Source: Eledone cirrhosa (taxonomy: Eukaryota). From it: a DNA stretch of 64,000 nt. Position numbers and translations under genes: made by a program. Location of the stretch: contig OZ024742.1 of NCBI GenBank assembly GCA_964016885.1, forward strand, positions 141,980,001 to 142,044,000, written 5' to 3'. Of this stretch, positions 51,720-64,000 are shown in pieces; the stretch's first letter is position 1, and every line of letters starts with the position of its first letter. Under the pieces are notes generated by a model that saw nothing but the letters and a program-made list of their open reading frames with translations, did not search any database and was not told the origin of the DNA.

Positions 51720-52946
51720 AGTTATGTATATACTATACTATAAACAACTATAAACAGGGAAGGTCAGTAATTTATTACTACCTTATTACCAGTAAGAGAA
51801 ATAGCTCAATGTAAGAACATCAGGTGTTTTACAGAGCAGTAATATAGATTACACAAGTATCAAAGTTATGTTTAAAACATTTAATCGCTGACAATTGTTT
51901 CTTCCAAACTTAAGCTTGGAGTCCTCGGAGCATTATCAAGGTTTGTACATATTATTAACCTCCTATTCAACTGAAGAATCATACAGATACATATATATTG
52001 ATGTTGTGGACAACAGTTTCATGTTTACAGAGTGGAATGGATGCGACATATATTATACGAGAATAGTACAATAATTCAAATTAAGATTAAAATTAAAATT
52101 AAAAACTAAAAATTAAAATTAAAATTAAAAGCATAGGGTGGAATACATGCGACAGATAATACAAGAGAATAGTCTAATAATTAAAGAGATAGTACATGCA
52201 TTACTCATATGTCAATTGTGGCACTATATAATGTCTATTAGAGCAACGAATTTAAATATTATAATGAGCTAGTTACCTCCCCTTACGCATTAGCTCTCCT
52301 TAATTATCCACTTCCGGATATTAAACCGTTGAAAATTCTCGCAGTAGAACAACTCTAATCCATGAATATGAATACAATAACACCAAGTTACAATCCATTA
52401 CTATAACAAACATTCAATACAAATATAGCTTAACATATGTAATGGATGTGAAATCTGCAACTTTCATATTCTACACACATACAAATTTGAACTATACAGA
52501 AAATATCATCGCATTGCATCCCCCATAATACACTAACATATTCGCTTAAAGTGCTTGTATTTTATGTAATACCTTGCCATACAGTACTCATAAATGCATA
52601 ATACGTTTGCTTGTTCCATTCTCTTGTATTATCTGTCGCATGTATTCCACCCTATGCTTTTAATTTTAATTTTAACTTTTAGTTTTTATTTTTAATTTTA
52701 ATTTTAATCTTAATTTGAATTATTGTACTATTCTCGTATAATATATGTCGCATCCATTCCACCCTGTAAACATGAAACTGTTGTCCACAACATCAATATA
52801 TATGTATCTGTATGATTCTTCAGTTGAATAGGAGGTTAATAACATGTACAAACCTTGATAATGCTCCGAGGACTCCAAGCTTAAGTTTGGAAGAAACAAT
52901 TGTCAGCGATTAAATGTTTTAAACATAACTTTGATACTTGTGTAAT
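51720..52946. mobile_element. Fold-back element (family P2): ~325-bp inverted arms (51848-52170 / 52618-52946), ~450-bp spacer, ~125-bp left extension; Penelope-like pLTR derivative
   Basis: Arms are near-perfect reverse complements, each with a hammerhead-like motif; flanked by (TA)n/(CT)n. Confidence 0.88.
52858..52913 (+). ncRNA. Candidate minimal hammerhead variant (mirror copy at ~51881-51936, minus)
   Basis: gct-CCGAGGA(52866-72)-c.tccaagc ttaa gtttgga.a-GAAA(52893-96)-CAATTG-TC^agc. Palindromic stem III ACAATTGT; U4->C variant in both arms. Confidence 0.55.
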
Positions 52947-52964
52947 ATCTCTCTTTCTCTCTCT

Positions 52965-53510
<546 letters not shown>

Positions 53511-56500
53511 AGCCAGACTGGTGCGATACTAATCTTTATTCCAGGAGGTTCTGCCAAATATTTTTGAGACATTTTCTTTTTCCATAGCTTGTCAAATTTT
53601 ATTACTTACCTACTTTTGTGATATTTAACAAACCGAAATAAAAACAAAATTTAGAAATAATTGTTACAATAAACATATATATTTTATATATAGTATTTCT
53701 GATTAAATTTCATCTTATTACTTTAATATTTTCATCTGCGATCACATATTATTACTTTAATATTTTCATCTGCGATCACATATATTAAAAGACGAAATTG
53801 ATTATTGAAACGTTTGCTTCAAAGCATATTAGAATCTGCTTACAAATAATATTTTATTTCCAGACCAAGGATAATAATTCTCCTATTTTCGCTAGAATTA
53901 ACGGCAAATTAGCAGAGTTGTTAGCGCATTAGATTAGCTGCCTCAGTATTTGTTCCAGCTCTCTACGCTCAGAGTTCAAATCCCGCCGAGGTTATCCTTT
54001 CGGAGTGGACTTACAATGTATAAATCCAGGAATGGTGGATTAGTGGAATTGTTAAAAGAGTAAGACATGATGTTTTGTGACATCTGATCCGGTTCTGTGC
54101 TTTCTGAGTTCAAATCATGCCTCCTTCTGCCAGGAGTTGCTACCAGCAGATTGTGTCAGTAATGAAAAGACCAATTAATCAGCTCCTTTACTTTTCACCT
54201 CCACTTTCGTTCCAGTTATCAATCGATTTTTTTCATGACTATTTCTTCATCGGTTCTTATAAAATCTTTCTAGCTTGGTTTCATATTTCAACTCTCAGCA
54301 TGGTGCTTTTTATTTCTATTTTTATTTTCATCGCTTAATCAGGAGTGGGGACAATGCCGAAAACTCTTTTCAGGCAGCTCCAAATAATTTGAGTCAATCG
54401 ATCACAAACCACAAGGGGTGCCGGAACCTCCCTCTAATATTCTTTTAGTCAAGCCAACACACTGGCAGTGTTATCGCAGGTGATAGCGAGTCTAAAGCGA
54501 TAATTCAAGAAACATTTATGTTGTGATAGATTATATGGGGTTTTTTTCAAACAATAGAAAATGTTTTCATTAATTTTATGTAAGAAAACTCCACTATTTG
54601 ATATCTAAATTAAAATCGCTTGGGCATTTGATTAATAATAAACTGTATAAGTTGCCAGAAGTACGATAAAGAAGTGTGGAGTGTAATTAGGTTTTTGATA
54701 ACGAATTCTAGATGGCTTGAAATACGTCATTAGAAATAAAATTATGGATGTGATCAAGATATCATCGAGACTAATTAAGCAGCTAAATTTATTTAATATT
54801 GTTTCAAGCAGTATGTTGCTGCTATTTTGGTAAATATAATATAATAATAGTTTTCCTCTTTTCTTCTTAAAATTCATTTTACTCTGATATGATTATTCCA
54901 GATATAAGAAATGTGATATACACTATGTTATGTTGTCCAGTGACTGAGTACCGGCTATGTAGAATATCTTTCAGAATAGCCTTGTCTATAATGATCGAAG
55001 CAATATTTAGATTAAATCAACCACGAAACCCTACTATAAGCAACATTGCGTTATATACTGACATATGTTAAATTTTAATAACATAGCAGTTACATTCAGA
55101 GCAGTAATAACATTCACAAGGCTTCACTTATTCATAACACAGCATATTCAGTAAATGTATCAGTATTGCAAGTTATTTGTGTGTAGGTGGAACAGAACAA
55201 GATTAGACATTGCTATCGGTAGTCACCGTGTACAACATGAATAATAAACGTCGTTACGATTAAGAAATGGATTCTCCCATTTCACTTTGTCATTGCTTCT
55301 TACTCCCGATTTTTGGTTTTCCTCTTCAAATATAACGCAGTAGACACACACACCACTGTAAAGACTCACAACTGAAAATCTGTAAAATATCATATATAAC
55401 AAATTCCCCTACACAAAACTGGTTGCAACACAGACTGTTGTAATTTCCACTACAAATTATAACTTAAACAGCTGCTTGAATCTATTCTTTATATGATGTG
55501 CTGTGAGAAGAGAAAACTAATAGCGACAAATTGCTTGACTTCAGTAGCGAATGGTAGTTGTTTCTTATTATGATCTATAATTATATTATTGAGATCTATA
55601 ATTATATTATTAATATCTTTGATAAAGATGGTGAATTGGCAGAGTCGTTAGAGTGTCTGGTTGAATATTTTGTTTTAGATTTTTTGGCTCTTACTGAAGT
55701 CAACATTGTCTTTCATCAGTGGTGAATTGGCAGAATTGTCTTGCGTTATCTGATCTAGCTCTTAACGTTCTGAATTCCAATTTAGCTCAAGGATTCAAGT
55801 CGCATCGATGACCATTGTTAATTAGCTCTTCGAGTACAGGACTACAATTGATTGTAAAACCTGGAACGTGTAAGGAAGGATTGAATCCGATTGTTATTGC
55901 AGTGGCAGTATGATAATGATAGTGCTGAATATTTATAATGACTTTACCCTCTTTGGTGGGTGAGAAAGGCACACCTAACAAGTCTAGATTATTTGTAAAT
56001 ATTTTAACGGATAGGCTATTTTGCCAGTTCCGATACAATAGAGCCCCCAGGCTATTTTGCCGGTAAATATAAATGGGGTTAGAGTTACAGTTAGATTTTA
56101 AATTGTCTTAACAATTGGGGTGAAAATAAATAAACTTCTGTATTAAATGTGTGTTGTTATTTTTAACATTACCTGCCTTCAAAATAATAAAAATACTTAC
56201 AGGCCTCTTACATATTTTAAATAAGGAAATTACACTAACATTGGTTACGTCCTCTTTGACAGAATTTGAACTAGCTAGTGTGTATTTGCAAGCCTTAAAC
56301 ACACTTTTACCAAGTGTTTCCTAGTTTGTCTTTTAACGTGAACCATCGATCACAATAAAAGATTTGTTTTCTTTCTCTTTATTTTATTTTTTTTTTTATT
56401 TGTTATCTACGTTTATCCCGCTCTCTAGACTTCCTCCCTTCGGATTTGTTTCGTGATTTTTGTATAATTGTTTTGGTGCTTAGAAAGCAGTTACGATTTC

Positions 56501-57117
56501 TGTCAAACAACAATTAAACTATCAACTGAATGCTGAAAATTGGCAACTGTAAAATGTGCTAAAACATGCGATTCCCTGTAGTCATTTATTAATTTAGAGG
56601 AAATATTCAAACAACCAATTCCAATCAGATTTTAGATATTCTCGTTACTGTTATTGTGTATGTTAGACTTTTGTAATCAAACATGAAACTGATATAAATG
56701 TTCAACAGTATGTATATTTTTAAATTTAAATTTTCCGTTTTCGTATAGCAATTTAGCGGAAAAAAGGGTTCTATAAGTCGGAATAAATGATCGAAGATCA
56801 AAGATAATACTGGGCTTTCATTAATCAATTTTGTCTTATGTTGTACATAGCAGTCATTTCCAGATAATTGAGTTTTAAAAGAGTACGTATGGTCGAATAC
56901 GTATATTTTCGGTTGATTTCTAAAATTATAGATCGTAAGTTCGTATCTTGATCTTTACTGATTGATCTAAACCATTATTGATCTAAAAATTCTAGATGTT
57001 TTAACAAAGCAAGTTAATCTATTTGTTTTATTTTTTACTGTTTAGTCAGGAGTGGGGCAGTGTCCACGACCCTTGTCAGAGTTTCTGTGAATGGTGGGAT
57101 AAAAGGAGTGATTTACT

Positions 57118-57515
57118 GCGGTGGATTGGTAGTATAGTTAAGGGGGTTGAACGCTATGCTTTGCAGCATAGAGTTACGGATCTTTACGGTCTGAGTTCAA
57201 ATCCCACTGAGGTTAACTTTGCCTTTCCTCCTTATGGGGTCGATAAAGTAAAGTAGTAATAATTGTTTCTACTTTTGGCACAAGACCAGCAATTACCCAC
57301 TGTATTACTGGTACTTTATTTTATCGACCCCGTAAGGATGAAAGGCAAAGTTAACCTCGGCGGGATTTGAACTCAGAATGGCAAGGGCCGTAACTCTGCG
57401 TCAAAGCATGGCGTCCGACCCTCTACCGATACTACCAATCCACCGCCATTCAAAATAAAGTACTAATAATACACTGGGATATATTGCTGGCCTTGTGCCA
57501 AAAGTAGAAACAGTT
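57118..57515. mobile_element. SINE S1 (-) (57260-57447) nested inside SINE S1 (+) (57118-57256 and 57451-57515)
   Basis: The plus copy is interrupted after 'gataaagtaaagtagtaataat' and resumes with the duplicated 'aaaataaagtactaataat', a TSD. Confidence 0.85.
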
Positions 57516-60500
57516 GTTAAAACAAAGAGCCGGAATACTTGCAACAGAACGAACTCCACTGAAGGCATCAAAGGACCAGGTGGTGGCTTTAAATCGAAAG
57601 ATTGATTAGGCCCACTACCCAAGTAAAAGCCACCGGGTGATTTAACCCAAGAACGCAAAGAACTAAAACATATACAACACTATATGATCAAATAATTCCA
57701 TTAATCCAACAGCCTGGGTTGTTACTTTATTTTATCGACCTTGAAAAGATGAAATGCAAAGTTGACTTCCGTTAGATTTGCAAGCCAAAACAAATGTTTA
57801 CGGTCTAACTACTCTGCCGATAAGTATGTATGTATGTATATGTGTGTGTGCGCATATACAACTAACTACCATATAATTTTTTGTCTACCATATTCAACTC
57901 ACAAGGTATTTTTCTACTCGGAGCTATGGTACAACACTCTTGGCATATGTGCCGCACAGTGGGATCGAATGTGTAAAGACATATTTGCGAAGGGAACTTC
58001 TTTAACATGTACATATATCGGCGTTCATTTCATGCATCCTTGATTACTCTCACTTTCTTCCAATTGCTTTTCTTTCTATATTTTTTTTTTCTTTACATGA
58101 AATTAGGAATAACTCTTGCATTCCATACTGAAAACATGGATAACCTTCTAATTGCATTTGTGCAATAAAACGCAGAACGGTAAAAATTAACTTAGATAGA
58201 AATGGTGATTTGTTTTTCTATTGGTATGGATATGTTTTTATATTTTGTTTTTAAAATATTGAGTAGGTTTGTAACAAATTTGATTCATTTGTTGGAATGC
58301 CAAATGCTTGTTGTTGTATTGTATATTTTAATAACTACAATATGGACACAATGACAACCATTTCTGTTAAACAAGTGAATCCTAAGTGAAGCAATGTCTC
58401 CAGGCTTCAAAGAACGTATATATATATGTATATAATCAACGTATGACTATGTATTTGTAGATATATATGAGTGTGTGTGTATATGTGTATTTGTATGTGT
58501 GTATGTGTATTATGTATGTATGTGTGTGTTTATGTTTGTGTATGTGCGCTGACGTGTATTAACGAGCCAACAAAGAATAGAAAATATAAACGAAGTGGTA
58601 AGAGACATGGTAGAACAATTAATTGAAATATTAAAACGACGTCCTTTGGCTTGCCTAAGAGCGCTAAAATCTCTCCTTTCTTTCTCTCTCACTCTCCCTC
58701 CCTTTTCCTGTTTTTACTCTCTCAAAATAATTTTTTTCAATCATCGCAAGTACAGGAAATTATCTTACGACATTCAGTCTTGTATCGTCATCGTATTGGC
58801 CAACAGTTATCAGCAGTGCCTGTCTTAAGGTCCCTACTGAAGCATTACAGACGCATTTCTTTCCATATTCTAGCAAAAGAATTGGAAAGGAAATTAAAAC
58901 CTGGCATTATTATGTTTCTGTATTAAGTTCCATTCTATATTAACGCTGAAGTATTCAAGTAAAGGAGGTGGGTGCTATTTATTTTCGTTCACATGACATT
59001 TTTTTTGTTTCTGCTTCCTTTACCTGTTTGTTACCATAGCAATTCTATTTGAAAATTATTGAAATGTTTAGTCAGTCATTTCGTTTCCTCACTTTTAAAG
59101 CAACGATAGCACATATTATTCAAGGAAGGCGGAGGTTATTTATGTTATGAATGATTTCAATTTTAATCTCCTAATTCAAAGAGCTGTAATATTTAGAGAT
59201 CATCAAAATATCATTATCTATTCAGTGTTTTAATGATAAACTAACTGCAAAAAAGATTGACGACATATTAGATATAGATGATGAATAGAAATGTCAGGTA
59301 TGTCGCTTAGTAAAACCTCCTGGCATTAAATCTTACGGTTATTCTATTGATATACAACCTAAGCATTTCTCTCAGCTATCTTAATTCTGAATATGCTATA
59401 AGAAATGCTATGTTTGAAGACTAAGGCGATGTGATGCTGGCTTCTCAGTTCAGAGATCGTGAGTTCACAATTAGTAAAATATCAGCTAAGATGTTTGATA
59501 TAAAATAAAATAACTCTTGGCTATTAAATCTAATACGTGCCCTATTAGTAGATTCACTTGAGATCATATTAACGTTGCCAGCCTCTATATATTTGGTTTA
59601 CAACTCAAGACTTGGGAAGACGAATAATTATAAAAGAATTTCCATTGTTCGCTCTCTTTCTCTTTAACAAATTATTATGACTTCGATATAATATACGGTG
59701 CACTCTCTAATACATAAGATGTTTATTAAAATGTTCCTTTTGTGGAGTGACTCTATTCATGATCTTATAAGGCCTGCTCTTAGAAAAACTTGTCCAGGTT
59801 TGGTCTATATAAACTTAACATACTGCTGTAATAAATTCATATTTTAAAGTAAGATCAATTATAGAATCAACTAAATGATAGTTTAAAAAATGAGTATTAT
59901 CGTCTCTTCAATGTCTCGGGGTTAATTAAGTGGATAAATAAAGTATTATAGCAGTACAACCTTCCCTGTTCTCTAACATGAGAATATTCCACCGTTGTTT
60001 TAATGTAGATGTCCATCTTCACAGTTTTAAGTCGAATATTAACTGTGTTGATTTCAGCCTGTCTTTATAAAGCCATGAAAAATCGAACCTCTGACCTTAT
60101 GATCGTGAGCCTTCGCTCTAATGTTTGTCTAACTTCACTCTAAGTTTTTCTAAAGAAATGGTCTTTTGATTACTGAATGTGGATAATTAAGAATGTTACC
60201 AAATACTTTTAAGCGAAGAAGGAAATTAATTCAAAATGACTGAATGAAAATGGATTTCTAGTAAATTATTTAATATTTGATCTTAAACTACATTTAACTA
60301 GTTTGTATCTTGCTAAAAGATGAAAGCAATAGGTCAAATTCGTCAACTTCATTAAATATACTAGCAGAAAAACCACCCTTCGGATGGTTTTCTGCTAGCA
60401 TGTGTAGTGTGTATATTGATATTATACGCAAGTATATATACATGTAGATATGATACATCAAATAAAATCGTAGTTGACAATATAAACAGAAATTGAACGA

Positions 60501-63334
60501 AGACGGTGTTGCACTGTCTTATGTAATCTGTAACGTAATCCATGATGCATTAAAAAAAGACGATATTATATATAAACTGCATTAGGAGAAAATTAGTGAC
60601 AGAAAAATATTGTTTATTTAAGTGATCGCCACCGAAGTGTTGACATCACACACTCTCTCTTTCTATATATATAGTAGTTGAAGTGGTGGTGGTGGCAACG
60701 ATATACCGGAAGTGGAACTTTGAAAAGAAGTCAATTTTAAATTATTTATTTTTACAAAATTATTTTTGTTTACGAAATTTAGTAGATAAATTATGTAATA
60801 TTCATTCATTATTTATTCAAAGTAATCCAACTTATTTTACTAACGGGATAAAAAAAATAAACCGTACGAAGTCCCGCAGGCCTTCCTTTATTATAGTTTA
60901 GATTTTTGATTTGCTTCGAGAGTACAAATGAAGCAATTGACACAGACGTGACTGAATTGTTAAGTGGTTCTCTTCGCAATATTGCGGCCTGGGGTTCGAC
61001 CCCCTTGGGTATCCCCTTAGGCATTTGTCTTTACCATAATCTCGGGTTGACCCAAGCTTTGTCAATGAAATTTGGTTGACGGAAACTCTGGAAGCCCGTC
61101 GAATAAGTTCTACTTATACGTTACATATAGTGTCACACTGATTCGGCTTGGGAATTACGTGAAGAAAACCCTTTCTTTGAAATCGTCAACCACTTACACC
61201 TTAATTCAAGAGCTAGAGTTTCAGTTAATCGATGGACTAAATATTCATCATCAAAATCGACGGTTCTACGTCAGTCTTCAAGTAGTCTTTTGTTCTAGAG
61301 AAGAAAAACAGAATACTGCATAAAATTTTGTGATATTTTCCTGTTTATATATATAGTTTTGCCTGGTGCAAGATTACCTAAGCTTTTTAAACTCCCATCC
61401 TTTTCTAGAGAATATATTTCCACGGCATACCCCACTGCAATGTGGATCACATTTTATACACACAAAAATTAAATGTTAATATTATTAAAATTAAGCATTT
61501 ATAAAATAAGCATTTATTGAATCACTAAAGCTGAAAGTTTTTACTAATTTGTATTTTTTGCCTTTTTTTCTCTCATGATTTTCAAGGAACCTCTTGCTTT
61601 CAAACATCACCTTTTACAATCCCTTTGCTTTTCAGTCATCCCTCGTAAGCATCCCAGCGCTCCCTTATGGTTGAATGGTAGTGCTTACTTTGGGAATATG
61701 ACTCAGGAGGAATAGATTATATCTATGGATTGTGCCCAAATGATTCTGTTCGAGGTTGGCGAGATGATGTTTTCAAGTTAATATTTGCCTGCGTTAAAAT
61801 ATGAAAAGTGAGAAAAGTCTAAATAGATAAGATTCAGTGGGTGAGGGGAGAAACGGGAACGTGGGGTAAGATTTGATGGAGGTGGGAATGTATGTAGGGA
61901 CCCGTAACTCCTGCAATGATATACGACGTGTCGTTGGTATTTTAAACCTGGTAGAACCCCATCTCTTCTCCAGGTCTAGACATAGCAAATTTCTTCTCAA
62001 GAAAAGAGAGTGAGGGAGAAAATGAGACAGAACTCTAAAGGATGAATCGACCCAGTAGTGGACTGGTAATTTTTTTTATCGACTTTGAACTCAGTGGAAT
62101 TTGAACTCAGAGCACAGAGAGCTGGAACGAATAACGCAACTCATTCTACCCAACATTCTAACAGCTTTCTCTCCATCAGAATAGAGGATGTACCAAATAA
62201 ATAATTTGCCGCCCAGGAGATGGACATGCTGCAGTTTTAACAAGTGTTATTTTAAAACTTTTCCGGAAATTATCTCTTTTTTTCTCTCGGTATTTTTATT
62301 ATAAGCTACAGTAGAAGAATAGCACATGTAGCTATATCTATATATTAATAACATATTATTTCCATAAATATACCATTTGGTAAATAAATAATGAAAAACT
62401 GTATTTTGTGACGAGTAGTAGTATAAGGGTGACTGCTTCCTGAAAACACAACCCCGGAGTAATGAAATTGTGTAATAGTTACTCGGTTGAAAACGTATTC
62501 AATAAATATACTGTGACATTTAGATTGTATGTTTTATTTTTGGTTTTTCGTGCCTCAAATTTCCAATATTTCATTGTTTATCATAATGTATTGTGCGAAC
62601 ATTATGAAAATGACATATGGTGGTGTACTGTAGTTGACCAAGCGTAATATTTTAGAATACTAGACTGCAACCATATTTATCATTCAGCATCATCTATAGC
62701 ACGTAGAAAATAACATTAAAACTGTTCGTAAAATAGGCAAAAGCTTCATTATAAATTCACATTGTGGGGTGATTATGTGGAAACTGGTATAGAGTAGAAT
62801 GCATATAATAGCAAATGTAGGTCCTAAATAACAAGTTGAGAACGATGACATTAATAAATTCGACGGGTGTCTGTTTACATTTCTTAATCTGAATTTCTTT
62901 TTATCAACCACCTTTTCTTCTTTCTGTTTGTATTTAATTCTAGGTGTGTTGATATTTAAATACATTTATGTTAAGCAGTGTCCAACTCTTGTTCAACTGT
63001 TTGGTTTTTATTTTATTTTACTAAAACTGCGAACACTTTCAAAACATAATATTTTGACATTATCAGAAAACAACGGTTTCTTTTATACGTATGTTATTAC
63101 ATCTACTTTACTCCTTCCCCGTAATAAGTAACCTTGCTGAATTATACTATTAATAATATTAACAATCCACATTATAATATCGGATATTACTTTTGTTGAT
63201 GTTGTTGTTTTTGTATCATTGGGAAATGAATAAACATCATAGAATCTGATTTCTCTTTAGGGGCTTGGCATCATGATTTTGCAAATAACAATTTCCAACA
63301 CAATGCCTGTGGAAAGGTGAGGAGGGGGGTGGTC

Positions 63335-63700
63335 AATTATACATCGGTATTTCATATTATCGACTTAGAAGACTAAAAATCAAGTTTGACACCGGCGAGG
63401 TTTGAACTCAGTACGTAAGGATTCTGAATAACAGCAGTATGAGATTTTATCTGACGCTCTGACCATTCTGTCAATCTACAAATCGTATTATAATTGCTTC
63501 TAACATAGGCACAAGGCCAGCAATTTGGAGAGCCAGGAGCAGTTGATTGTATACCGACTCCAGTACTGGCACTTTAGTTTACGACCATGGAAGTATGAAA
63601 GACAAATTTGACCTTCATGAGACTTGAACTCAAAACATAGATAGCCGAAACAAATACTGCAAGGCATTTTATCAGACGCGCCAATGATTCTGACAGTCGA
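63335..63700 (-). mobile_element. Two diverged S1-related SINE copies (others at ~32980-33110, ~53900-54120, ~55625-55790, ~57715-57820, ~62040-62170)
   Basis: Degenerate tttgaactca B-box complement and 'aggcacaaggccagcaattt' 3' end. Confidence 0.6.
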
Positions 63701-64000
63701 GTATCCCATGGTTTGTCAATAATATTGTCAGTTATTGAGTATAGCTAAGTAGCTAAGAGACGACGTGACTCATAAATTCAGTGTAGAGATTATGCAAGTC
63801 AATATATTTATATGTATGAATGAATTAATATTACAATTGAGAACAGAATTCCACTGAATAATAATATGATGAAAGATTGACAGAAGAAAATAGAAAAACA
63901 ACAACAAAGGCAACAACAAAAATAAAGAGAACAAAATACTTTCATCAGAAAAGCAAATATTTACACGTTTAATATTTCGAACAACGACAAAAGTTTAATC

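Noticed and set aside
61710-61780. ag|ATTATATCTATGGATTGT (I-I-S-M-D-C) as a possible next receptor exon
   Set aside because: The expected continuation YFRQxWxDxRL is absent and there is no polypyrimidine tract.

Overview
AT-rich, microsatellite-dense animal genomic DNA. The repeat landscape (abundant tRNA-type SINEs, (TA)n/(TG)n/(TAA)n arrays) looks like a coleoid cephalopod such as Octopus; this is inference. The only host gene visible is a + strand Cys-loop GABA-A-like receptor subunit, seen as two small exons (24036-24154 and 50051-50118) that the ORF track misses, separated by a ~25.9 kb intron. Positions ~2-19 kb are a nest of non-LTR retrotransposons. It holds two different R4/Dong-like (RT + restriction-like endonuclease) families sitting in (TAA)n, one copy near intact and head-to-tail with the other family, plus a Tx1-like L1 element in (TTA)n and an RTE remnant. 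A third RLE family sits in (CATA)n at ~23 and ~29 kb. The rest holds Helitrons, SINEs, a mariner MITE and minisatellites. It also holds a series of asymmetric fold-back (inverted-repeat) elements in (TA)n that appear to be Penelope-like pLTR derivatives: two carry paired minimal hammerhead-ribozyme motifs, and three carry the same cryptic N-terminal ORF start. Most ORFs in the supplied track are microsatellite or antisense artefacts.
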